Assembly (NCBI GenBank): GCA_947625805.1
Contig: CANQPT010000002.1
Location: 36,911 to 100,910, forward strand
Source: an uncultured Clostridia bacterium
GTDB lineage: Bacteria > Bacillota > Clostridia > Oscillospirales > CAG-272
Reading direction: 5' to 3'
Length of the DNA stretch: 64,000 bases
Every line of letters starts with the position of its first letter. The stretch's first letter is position 1. A program made the position numbers and the translations under genes. Under the pieces are notes generated by a model, which worked only from the letters and a program-made list of their open reading frames with translations, was not told where the DNA came from and searched no databases. Of this stretch, positions 56,017 through 64,000 are shown piece by piece.

Positions 56017-57344
56017 GGTTACGCATCGACCGTCCCAATCCCAGACAGCGGGAATTTATGCTCTCGGACACCCGCTACGTCGCCTACGGCGGCGCACGCG
56101 GGGGCGGAAAGAGCTGGGCGGTGCGCACAAAGGCCACTCTGATGGCCGCCCGCTATCCCGGCATCCGGATCCTGCTTTTGCGCAAGACCTATCCCGAACT
56201 GCGGGAAAATCACATTCTGCCGCTGACCGCGTCTTTGTACGGCATGGCCGACTACAACGAAAGCAAAAAGGTGTTGACCTTTCAGAACGGAAGTCGGATC
56301 AAGTTCGGCTATTGCGACGCACAAAACGACGTGGGTCAGTACCAAGGGCAGGAATACGACGTGATTTTCATGGACGAGGCCACTCACTTTACCGAGTATC
56401 AGTTCAACGCACTGCGGAGCACCTTGCGCGGGGTCAACCATTTCCCCAAACGCTTCTATCTTACCTGCAATCCGGGAGGCGTGGGGCATGCGTGGGTCAA
56501 GCGGCTGTTCATCGACCGGGACTACCGGCCGGGGGAACACCCCGAGGATTACACCTTTATTCCCGCCCGCGTGTACGACAATACCGCCCTGATGGAGGCC
56601 GATCCCGGCTATGCCGAGAGCCTGCTGGCTCTGCCGGACGAGATGCGTTCGGCATGGCTGGACGGCAACTGGGACGCCTTTGCGGGTCAGTTCTTTCCGG
56701 AATTCCGGAGGGAGATCCACGTGGTACAGCCCTTTGCTCTTCCGCCGGGCGCCCGGATCTATCGGGCGCTGGACTACGGGCTTGATATGCTGGCCTGCAT
56801 CTGGGTGGCGCTCACGGAGGACGGATGCGCCTACGTCTTTCGGGAACTGCACGAGAGCGATCTAATCGTGTCCGAGGCGGCAGAACGGGTACGGCAGATG
56901 AGCCGCGAGCAGGTCTACGAAACCCTCGCTCCTCCCGATCTGTGGAGCCGCCAAAGAGAAACGGGTCGGAGCATTGCCGAATTGTTTGCCGAGCACGGGG
57001 TGGACATGGTGCGCGCGGACAACGCCCGCACGGCCGGCTGGTTGTGCGTCAAGGAATGGCTCAAGGTGCGAAAGGGCGAGGACGGCCCTACCTCCCGACT
57101 GCGCATTTTTGCGAGTTGTCCCTATCTGATCCGGTGCATTACCGCCCTCTGCTACGATGAGCACGATCCCTGTGACGCGGCCGTCCGCCCCCACGAGATC
57201 ACCCACATCACCGACGCGCTGCGCTATTTTTGCGCCGGACGCCCTTTTCCCGGCAAGACCCGGCAGGAGCAGTCGGCTCTGGCCGCCCACAGGCGGGCGG
57301 CCATCAGCGCGGCGGGACGGCGCACGCGGCGGGCGTTCAGCTGA
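56013..57344 (+). CDS. terL: Phage terminase large subunit
   Basis: ORF 55980..57344 trimmed to ATG 56013. Walker A YGGARGGGKSWA, Walker B VIFMDEA, C-terminal nuclease-type ...ITHITDALRYF. Confidence 0.9.
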   Translation: MRLRIDRPNPRQREFMLSDTRYVAYGGARGGGKSWAVRTKATLMAARYPGIRILLLRKTYPELRENHILPLTASLYGMADYNESKKVLTFQNGSRIKFGYCDAQNDVGQYQGQEYDVIFMDEATHFTEYQFNALRSTLRGVNHFPKRFYLTCNPGGVGHAWVKRLFIDRDYRPGEHPEDYTFIPARVYDNTALMEADPGYAESLLALPDEMRSAWLDGNWDAFAGQFFPEFRREIHVVQPFALPPGARIYRALDYGLDMLACIWVALTEDGCAYVFRELHESDLIVSEAAERVRQMSREQVYETLAPPDLWSRQRETGRSIAELFAEHGVDMVRADNARTAGWLCVKEWLKVRKGEDGPTSRLRIFASCPYLIRCITALCYDEHDPCDAAVRPHEITHITDALRYFCAGRPFPGKTRQEQSALAAHRRAAISAAGRRTRRAFS

Positions 57345-57381
57345 GTGCGGACGGCTATCACTCCCAAGAAAGGAGCAAACC

Positions 57382-58953
57382 ATGAAAATCAACGTAACAA
57401 AATATGCGCTTGACCCTCGCCTTTCGGACGGAGGCACCAAAGGCTCGTGCGGGGTCGAGCGCATGGAATTCACCTTTTCCGAAGAATGGAGAGGGTTATC
57501 CAAAACGGTCACTTTTTTCCCGCCGGGGGGAACGGTCAAGTGCGTGTTTCTCTGCGGGGACACGCTGCCTCTGCCCCCTGAGGTGAGCGCCCACGCGGGA
57601 CGGTGCGCCTACGTGCTTTGCGGCACAAAAGAGGGCAAGGCGATACTCACCCTGTCCGGGGTGATCGAGGTGCACGACACGCTGTTGCCCACCGAATGCG
57701 AACTGGGCGAGCACACCCCGTCGGCGCTGGAAACCGTCACCCGGGCCTGCACGGACGCGCGCACTGCCGCCGAGAGCGCCGCTCGCTCGGCCGAGAGCGC
57801 GGGCGGGCACGAGAGCGCGGCGTCGGCCGCGGCCGATCGGGCAGAGGCGGCCCTGCGCGGGGCCAAAGAGGCCGCCGGGGCGGTAAACGACAAGGTGGCG
57901 CTGGTGGAAGAGGCTTATGAGGTCTACTGCGCCGAGCACGTGATACCCGGTCGATTTACCAACTACGAGCAGGACAATCTTCGCTTGAACGAGAACGGCT
58001 GGCGGCTGTTGGTGCGTCAGCCGGGAGAGGATCGGCTGTGCGTTTACGTCGCCCACGAGGCGCTGCGGGCGGAAAAAGCCACCCGCGCCTTTCAGCTGTT
58101 TCTGAAAACCGACCGAAGTTATCTCTTCCAGTGCAACAACGACGCCGCGCAGGGCTATTGCTGGTACGGCATCGACGGAGGGAGCGAGCAGTCCCGGGGC
58201 CAAACCGAGATCTGGTGGGATCGGGAGGCGGGTACGCTGGAGTTCAAGTTGGACACGGCGGCCATCGCGTCACTTTCGGACAGCAGTGAATGTCTGTTCA
58301 ACGTACTGCGGATTGTCGACACGGCAAACGGCTGGGCCGAACTTGCCAAGGCGGAGAAGATCCCCTACCTGATGCCCTTTTCCGGCCTTGAGCAGGCCGC
58401 CGGCCGCCAGAGCGAGGTAAACGATCGCAACCGTACCTCGGAACGGTTTTATCCCAGTATGCAGGCGCTGACCGGATACCTCGATACGGTGATCGGCGCC
58501 ATCTGTCCCTTCCGGGTGAGTTTTGTGACAACCCTTCCCGCCACGCCCGAGCAGGACCGCATTTACGTCCACAACGGAAAGGCCATGCGGGCGGCGGTAC
58601 GGGTGGGAACCAAGCAGTACTACGAGTGGACGGTGATGGACAACACCGCCGACGCGCCCGAACGCCTGTACACCGACGAGCGGATACCGACCGTGGGCAC
58701 GTGGTTGTACCGGAACACCGGCAGCGGTTACCGGGCTGAAAACCTGGTGCACTTTGCCACGATCAGCGAGGTGTCGGACGGCTACTACGCCACCGAGCGC
58801 GGGAACGTGAACCTCGCCTTGGAGAAAATCGTCAGCTTCGAGATTCTGGAAACCGGCTCGTGGTCGGTCATCGACGCTCAGGACGATCTGGGAGCGTATC
58901 TTTCCGATAACGCCGCACGTTATGCGATCGCACAGATCGCGGGAGGCGCGTGA
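57382..58953 (+). CDS. Phage tail fibre / receptor-binding-like protein (BppU_N-like N-terminus, Ala-rich coiled coil)
   Basis: ORF trimmed to ATG 57382 behind AAAGGAG. N-terminus MKINVTKYALDP...MEFTFSEEWRGLSKTVTFFP resembles baseplate-upper/tail-fibre N-domains. TAAESAARSAESAGGHESAASAAADRAEAALRGAKEAA neck. Sits directly before the holin. Confidence 0.45.
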   Translation: MKINVTKYALDPRLSDGGTKGSCGVERMEFTFSEEWRGLSKTVTFFPPGGTVKCVFLCGDTLPLPPEVSAHAGRCAYVLCGTKEGKAILTLSGVIEVHDTLLPTECELGEHTPSALETVTRACTDARTAAESAARSAESAGGHESAASAAADRAEAALRGAKEAAGAVNDKVALVEEAYEVYCAEHVIPGRFTNYEQDNLRLNENGWRLLVRQPGEDRLCVYVAHEALRAEKATRAFQLFLKTDRSYLFQCNNDAAQGYCWYGIDGGSEQSRGQTEIWWDREAGTLEFKLDTAAIASLSDSSECLFNVLRIVDTANGWAELAKAEKIPYLMPFSGLEQAAGRQSEVNDRNRTSERFYPSMQALTGYLDTVIGAICPFRVSFVTTLPATPEQDRIYVHNGKAMRAAVRVGTKQYYEWTVMDNTADAPERLYTDERIPTVGTWLYRNTGSGYRAENLVHFATISEVSDGYYATERGNVNLALEKIVSFEILETGSWSVIDAQDDLGAYLSDNAARYAIAQIAGGA

Positions 58954-59375
58954 TGCGGAGTTTTGCACTTTGCGCCGCGGCAGGCGCCGTGGGCAGCGCC
59001 GTCGCCGCCCTGTTCGGCGGCTTTGACGCGGGAATCGCCACCCTGCTGCTCTTTCAATGCACGGACTTTGTGCTGGGGCTGGTCTGTGCGGCGGTATTCG
59101 GCAAATCCACCAAAAGCGCGGGCGGGGCGCTGGAAAGCCGCGCCTGCTTTAAGGGGCTGTGCCGCAAGTTCGGCACGCTCGCGCTGATCTTAGTGGCCTG
59201 TCGGCTGGACCTTTTGCTGGGAGTAAGCTACGTGCGGGATACGGTGGTCATCTGCTATCTGGTGGGCGAGGCCATCAGCATCGTGGAAAACCTGGCGCTC
59301 ATGGGCGTGCCTGTGCCCGACGTGGTGCGCCGGGCGCTGGAGATATTGAGAGGTGAGAGTGATGATACCCTTTAA
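58953..59375 (+). CDS. Phage holin (Phage_holin_4_1-like)
   Basis: TGATG overlap with the upstream gene; 3-4 TM helices; GEAISIVENLALMGVPVP motif typical of this holin family. Confidence 0.75.
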   Translation: MRSFALCAAAGAVGSAVAALFGGFDAGIATLLLFQCTDFVLGLVCAAVFGKSTKSAGGALESRACFKGLCRKFGTLALILVACRLDLLLGVSYVRDTVVICYLVGEAISIVENLALMGVPVPDVVRRALEILRGESDDTL

Positions 59376-59598
59376 GGAATTTGTCAAACGAACACATATG
59401 TGCTCGGTCCCCGGCTGTCACGGACGGGACTCGGTGCGCATCGCAAGAACTGCCGGCGCACAGCGCGCGCTGTTCTTATGCCGGGACTGTATTACGCAGG
59501 CCTATGCCGAACTTGCGGCGGCGCATGCGAAAGAGCAGACCGGGCGGAAAGGAGAAAGCAAAGCAAATGGAAGAAAACAAAAACGTTCCGATCTTTGA
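59362..59598 (+). CDS. Small Cys-rich (zinc-ribbon-like) phage protein, unknown function
   Basis: CSVPGC...CRDC cysteine pairs and a basic tail; overlaps the holin 3' end and the scaffold 5' end. Start is uncertain (GTG 59353 / ATG 59362 / ATG 59398). Confidence 0.4.
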   Translation: MIPFKEFVKRTHMCSVPGCHGRDSVRIARTAGAQRALFLCRDCITQAYAELAAAHAKEQTGRKGESKANGRKQKRSDL

Positions 59599-60139
59599 TC
59601 CTGCGGCCATTCGCAAGATGAGCGAGGAGGAGATCGACGCATACGGCAAGGCTTACACCCATGCGGTGGACGCCTACGTGCGGGAAAGCGTGGCCGAGAG
59701 TCTGGCTCCGGTCATCGAAGATCTGGAAAGCAAGGAGCAAGAGCAAACCCTGCGGGAAGCTGTGAGCGACTTAAAGGAAAACGCCGACTACTACGACTTT
59801 TCCGACCAGTATGCGCGTGTGAGGGAGCTGTGCGAAAGCCTGCCCGCTCTGCAGGGAGCAGAACCCCGGCAGGGCCTGACCATGGCCTATCTGATGATCA
59901 AGGGCGCCGAGGCCCTGTCCGCCCACAAAAACCCGCCCGTGCGGGAGGCGGCCGAAATTGCCGAGGAGATCTGGGCAAACCCGGAAGTCATGAAACTGCT
60001 TGCCCTGCGCAGAGCGGAGGAGGCGGACGAGGATCTTCCGGTCTTTGCCCGCTCGGGCACAGGCGTCATGGCGGCGGAACAAACGCCCAAAACGCTTTCG
60101 GATGCAAGTTCCCAAGCAAGAAAACATTTTCATATTTAA
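59567..60139 (+). CDS. Phage scaffolding-like protein
   Basis: ORF 59381..60139 trimmed to MEENKNVPIF.... Acidic, helical, 190 aa, immediately upstream of the major capsid gene. Confidence 0.55.
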   Translation: MEENKNVPIFDPAAIRKMSEEEIDAYGKAYTHAVDAYVRESVAESLAPVIEDLESKEQEQTLREAVSDLKENADYYDFSDQYARVRELCESLPALQGAEPRQGLTMAYLMIKGAEALSAHKNPPVREAAEIAEEIWANPEVMKLLALRRAEEADEDLPVFARSGTGVMAAEQTPKTLSDASSQARKHFHI

Positions 60140-60151
60140 GGAGGATTCAAT

Positions 60152-61333
60152 ATGTCACAGAATTTGCTTAAAATCAGCGAAATACTGAAAAACGATTACA
60201 AACCGGCTCTGGAAAATCAGATCGGGATCGAGCCGTCGCCCTTTCTTGAAAGAGTGAAAAAGGTCCCGCTGACCGCGTCCACCATCAAGGCTGCGGCGCC
60301 CATCGGCATCAACGGCGGGTTTGGCTTTGGCTACGAGGGTACCGATACCCCGACTGCCGGCGCGCAGAACTACGCGGCCTTCACTCTGGACGCGGTGGAT
60401 ATGTATGTGGACATCCGCATTTCGGACAAGACGGTCAAACTGGCCTCCGGCAACGCCGGCGCCATGATCAACGCTCTGGACGGCGAGGTGCAGGGCAGTT
60501 ATGCTTCCGCCAAGTGGAACATCGGCCGCGCCCTGTTCGGCGACGGTACCGGAAAACTGGCCGCGCTCACCAAAATCGGCGCGGACAACCAGCTGACCCT
60601 TTCGTCCACCAAGGCGGTCATTGAGGGACTGGTCGTCGACGTTTACAATACCGATACCGACACTCCCACCTACAAGGCGCGCCGCATTGTGCGCGTCGAC
60701 CGGGCGGCCGGTACGGTGACCGTGGACGGCGAGCCGCTGACCGAGGCGGAGTCGCTTTCCGGCTTTATTACCGTGCAGAACAGTTACGGCCGCGAACTGT
60801 GCGGTCTTGGCGCGATCTTTGACGAGAGCGTGCCCACCCTGTACGGTCTTACCAAGGCAGACCACACGTGGATTCATCCCGTTACGGTGGACGCCGGGCA
60901 CGACTTTACCGATCTTGTCATAAGCCGTGGGGTCAAGCAGGCCTACGACTATAAAAATTCCAAGATCGACATGGTCATGATGGGCGACGCGGCCTTTGCC
61001 GCTTATCAGACCTACATGAGAGAGAACAACGTCACTCTGACCGACAAGCATCAGTTTGTGGGCGGCGCCGTCGGCTACAAAGTGCTGGTGGGCAACCGCG
61101 AGGTCATCGTGGTCAACGAGCGCTTTGTGCCCGATGGGGAGGCATGGGGCGTGGACACCTCCGCCTTCTCGCTCGAGAGCACAGGCTGGGACTTTGCCTC
61201 TCAGGATTCGGGCATCTTTACCCTGATCCCGGGTACCAGCGTCTACCGTGCGCTGTTGGCCTCTTACGGAAATCTCATCTGCCATAATCCCGGCGGATGC
61301 GTGAGATTCACCAACTGCGGACAGCAGGACTGA
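60152..61333 (+). CDS. Phage major capsid protein (HK97-fold type)
   Basis: 393 aa behind AAGGAGG; position after the scaffold; sequence style typical of Phage_capsid proteins (…GFGFGYEG…, …MGDAAFAAY…). Confidence 0.75.
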   Translation: MSQNLLKISEILKNDYKPALENQIGIEPSPFLERVKKVPLTASTIKAAAPIGINGGFGFGYEGTDTPTAGAQNYAAFTLDAVDMYVDIRISDKTVKLASGNAGAMINALDGEVQGSYASAKWNIGRALFGDGTGKLAALTKIGADNQLTLSSTKAVIEGLVVDVYNTDTDTPTYKARRIVRVDRAAGTVTVDGEPLTEAESLSGFITVQNSYGRELCGLGAIFDESVPTLYGLTKADHTWIHPVTVDAGHDFTDLVISRGVKQAYDYKNSKIDMVMMGDAAFAAYQTYMRENNVTLTDKHQFVGGAVGYKVLVGNREVIVVNERFVPDGEAWGVDTSAFSLESTGWDFASQDSGIFTLIPGTSVYRALLASYGNLICHNPGGCVRFTNCGQQD

Positions 61334-61364
61334 ACGGCCGACTCCGACGGCACGACCGAGCCGT

Positions 61365-61388
61365 TGCCTTCCCCTTCGGGGGAAGGCA
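61365..61388 (+). other. 10-bp GC hairpin with UUCG loop after the capsid gene
   Basis: TGCCTTCCCC-TTCG-GGGGAAGGCA; no T-run follows. Confidence 0.6.
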
Positions 61389-61415
61389 GCCGTAAATGTT
61401 TCAGGAGGAAATAAG

Positions 61416-61751
61416 ATGGATACAACCCTTTTATATGAACGCCTCTGTCAGGCAAAGCCGGTCACCCACGCGCAGTTTCTCGCGGCTCTCAACGCTACCG
61501 TGCGGGAGTTGTGCGCACTGTACGGCGAGAAATACGTACTGCGGGACGGCGCGCTGCGGCCGGTCACCCGGGTGGGGCAAAGCCCCTGCGTCGCACAGGA
61601 CTACGAGAGCGCGGTGCTCGACAACCTGCTCTATCACGCAACCGGAGAGGAGCGCTACAAAACCGATTTTCTTGCCCACGCCCAGCACGCCTACCACAAC
61701 CTGTGGCGGGCAAGAACGGCGGGAAAGCGCATCCGACGGGAGGTGTGGTGA
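61416..61751 (+). CDS. Phage head-associated hypothetical protein
   Basis: 111 aa, AGGAGG RBS, between capsid and portal. Confidence 0.5.
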   Translation: MDTTLLYERLCQAKPVTHAQFLAALNATVRELCALYGEKYVLRDGALRPVTRVGQSPCVAQDYESAVLDNLLYHATGEERYKTDFLAHAQHAYHNLWRARTAGKRIRREVW

Positions 61752-62365
61752 TGTACGAGAGCAGTATGAGCGCGGCGCAACTGATCGCGCTTGCCCGCGA
61801 CGGAGTGGATATCGCCCCGGACATCGGGGACGAATACTATCTTTTGTGGCTCAACGCCCTCGAGAGCCTTTTGTACAGCGGGGTCGTCCGGTGCACACGG
61901 TCGGCCGAGTGCGCGGTGGAGGACGGTCGGGTGGATCTTGCCATCATCACCCCGCCGGAGGGGGAGAGCGGGCCGCGGGCATGTGATGTGTGCGCGGTGT
62001 TTGCCGACGGCAGAGAACTTGTCCGTGCGGACGAGGGAGCGCTCGTGCGCTATCCCGCTCAGCCGGCTTTCTGCGCCTCCGGCCTGACCCTGACCTTACA
62101 AAGCCCTGCGGGCATTCCGGACAAGGTGACCGTGCTTTGGCGGGTGCGTCCCGCCCTCAAGACCGAACAAACCATGCGTACCGCCCCGGTGGCCCTGCCC
62201 GACGAGTTTTTGCCCATGGCGTTCGACTATCTGACCGGCAAGGCATACGCGCTCGTGAGCGAGGACGTGCAGGCCGCCAACCGGCTGGCTTCCTACAACG
62301 CCGCCCTTGCCGACTTTGAATTGTGGAACCGGGCGGTCGGCGCCCGGGCGGGAGGTGAAGTATGA
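61751..62365 (+). CDS. Phage hypothetical protein
   Basis: ORF 61511..62365 trimmed to ATG 61751 (TGATG overlap with the upstream gene); 204 aa. Confidence 0.5.
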   Translation: MYESSMSAAQLIALARDGVDIAPDIGDEYYLLWLNALESLLYSGVVRCTRSAECAVEDGRVDLAIITPPEGESGPRACDVCAVFADGRELVRADEGALVRYPAQPAFCASGLTLTLQSPAGIPDKVTVLWRVRPALKTEQTMRTAPVALPDEFLPMAFDYLTGKAYALVSEDVQAANRLASYNAALADFELWNRAVGARAGGEV

Positions 62366-64000
62366 AACTGTTTGAAAAAATCAAGGGCAAACTGACCGGC
62401 GTCCCCGGGCCGGAGCGGCAAGAGATCGCCTCAAGAATCTTGGAGGAACTCGAAAAACGCCGGGCCGAGCGTATGCCGTTTGAGTTGCAGTGGCGGCTGA
62501 ACGCCGCCTTTCTTTCGGGCGCACAGCGGTGCGAGATCAACGCTCCGGCCGGGCGGCTTGAACACACGCTGCCCGCCTACGACTACGAGGAGTGCGGGGT
62601 GTACAACCGCATTGCCCCGCTGATGGATACCCGCCTTTCCAACTTGAAAAGCGTGGGCTTTACCATGGCGGTACGCCCCGCCACCGACCAGCCGGAGGAC
62701 TATCAGAAGGCGCAGATCGCCACGCGGCTTTTGCGCAGCGCCTACACCCGCGGGGACTTTGAACACCTGACCCAGACCGTACTGCAATGGGCGGAACTGA
62801 CCGGAAGCGCTTTCGTGCTTTCCGCATGGAACCCACGCGCCGGCAGACCCCTGTCGGTTTGCGACCGGGGCGAGCCGGTGCGGGAGGGAGAGTTGACTTA
62901 TACCCTGCTCTCCCCCTACGAGGTCTTTCCGGAGAATTTGTGGCGGCAGAACATGGAGCAGCAAGGCTCGATCATTCTTGAGCAGGTCATGAGCGCAAAG
63001 GAGATCCGGGCGCTGTACGGCATCGAGTGCGAGGGAAGAGAGATCGAGAGCGCGGTGCTCCAGCGGCCGAATACCGAGGGCGGGCACTACCTGCAAGGCA
63101 GTGTGACCATGCGGGACAGCGAGCGGGTGATCACCTATATGGAAACCCCGTCTGCCGCCCATCCGGAAGGTTTGACCGTCCAACTTGCGGCGGGACAGGT
63201 GGTCTTTTGCGGGCAGCTGCCTCTGGGTCGGCTTCCTGTCACGGTATTCCGCGCCAAGGAAAACGCCGGACAGTTTTTCGGCAAGAGCGTGATCGAAGAT
63301 CTGATCCCGCTGCAGCGGGCTTACAACGGCTGCAAGAACAAAATGCACGACTATATCTCCACTCTGGCGGCAAATTCGCTGTTGGTGGAGGAGGGCAGCG
63401 TGGACGTGGAACAGATGGAGGAAAACGGTACCGCTCCCGGCGCGCCGGTGGTCTACAAGCGGGGGTACACGCCGCCCGTGGCCATGCGGCACGAGAGTAT
63501 GCCCGGCGAAATCTACGCCGAGTGCGAGCAACTCTGCCGGGACATGGAATACGTGGCGGGCGTGTCCCAACTGATGGTCGTCGGCTCCAGCACTCCGGGG
63601 GTGACTTCGGGCACGGCCATCAACAGCCTGCGGCAGATCGACTCCACCCGGATTGCCCTGACCGCCGAAAATATGCGGGCGGGAGCGCTGGCCACCGCAA
63701 AACTCTGGCTTGCCCTGTACAAGCGCTACTGCCCCGGCACGCTCACTCTGGCCATCGCCGGCGAAAACGACGCGGGGGGCGTGCTCACATGGTGCGCCGA
63801 GGACGTCAATTCCTATGACGTTTACTTTGAAACCGAAAATGAACTGCGATTCTCCCCCGAAGAGCGCAAGCGCGCCTTTCTGGAGGCGTATCAGATGGGT
63901 CTTTTCAATCGGGAGGACGGCAGCGTGCCGGGCGAGCTGCGTGCGCGTGCGGCTGAACTGATGCGCATCGGCGACATTTCCGCCCTTGAGGACGAGGCCG
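62362..64000 (+). CDS. Phage portal protein (5' 546 codons; continues past the window)
   Basis: Not in the ORF track (no stop in the window). Hand translation from ATG 62362 (ATGA overlap): MKLFEKIKGKLTGVPGPERQEIASRILEELEKRRAERMPFELQWRLNAAFLSG...LLSPYEVFPE...IEDLIPLQRAYNGCKNKMHDYI...SPEERKRAFLEAYQMGLF, open to position 64000. Confidence 0.8.
   Translation, partial: MKLFEKIKGKLTGVPGPERQEIASRILEELEKRRAERMPFELQWRLNAAFLSGAQRCEINAPAGRLEHTLPAYDYEECGVYNRIAPLMDTRLSNLKSVGFTMAVRPATDQPEDYQKAQIATRLLRSAYTRGDFEHLTQTVLQWAELTGSAFVLSAWNPRAGRPLSVCDRGEPVREGELTYTLLSPYEVFPENLWRQNMEQQGSIILEQVMSAKEIRALYGIECEGREIESAVLQRPNTEGGHYLQGSVTMRDSERVITYMETPSAAHPEGLTVQLAAGQVVFCGQLPLGRLPVTVFRAKENAGQFFGKSVIEDLIPLQRAYNGCKNKMHDYISTLAANSLLVEEGSVDVEQMEENGTAPGAPVVYKRGYTPPVAMRHESMPGEIYAECEQLCRDMEYVAGVSQLMVVGSSTPGVTSGTAINSLRQIDSTRIALTAENMRAGALATAKLWLALYKRYCPGTLTLAIAGENDAGGVLTWCAEDVNSYDVYFETENELRFSPEERKRAFLEAYQMGLFNREDGSVPGELRARAAELMRIGDISALEDEA

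Larger units (their letters stand above)
55918..64000 (+). mobile_element. Phage (prophage or phage-derived) morphogenesis/lysis gene cluster, continues beyond the window
   Basis: Co-directional, overlapping genes for terminase large subunit, tail-fibre-like protein, holin, scaffold, major capsid and portal. No integrase or att site is visible in the window. Confidence 0.8.

Overview
High-GC (about 60-65% in hand-counted lines) Firmicutes/Clostridia-type chromosomal segment centred on the replication origin. Left to right: soj/parA (partial) with two tandem parS sites; an L-box-controlled dapA-dapB-dapF-dapL-lysA operon. Then a minus-strand run of 12 tightly packed genes (6029-19656): dnaA-dnaN-recF-remB-gyrB-gyrA-recA-recX-rimO-pgsA plus an LCP gene. 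A bipartite oriC flanks dnaA, followed by rpmH-rnpA-yidD-yidC-jag. Housekeeping and envelope genes come next: an HMGL-family synthase, LtaS-like, M14 and U32 peptidases, two CNNM/CorC transporters and ogt. A lower-GC island follows (tRNA-Arg, hairpin-array repeats, two COG1373 AAA+/DUF4143 ATPase genes of which one is frameshifted, tRNA-Val, a stand-alone DUF2493 SLOG gene). After it comes an inverted-looking dcw cluster (mraZ to ftsQ, no murD) plus mnmA, rnr, secG with a repeat tail and tRNA(CAT); then hpf, two tandemly duplicated low-GC lipoprotein genes, and a phage morphogenesis cluster that runs off the right edge. No CRISPR array, rRNA, transposase or integrase was seen. Best candidates for something new: (1) the tRNA-flanked ATPase/PD-(D/E)xK + SLOG island with its repeat family and shared palindromic operator; (2) the phage cluster with non-canonical order (terL, tail fibre, holin, scaffold, capsid, portal) and a GCAAA repeat array instead of a terS gene; (3) the oriC architecture, whose TTTTGCAC/TTTTCCAC box variant recurs in the mraZ leader; (4) SecG carrying a ~100-aa (D-A/T-S/T)n tail. 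All functional calls come from reading motifs and gene order by eye; no database search was possible.
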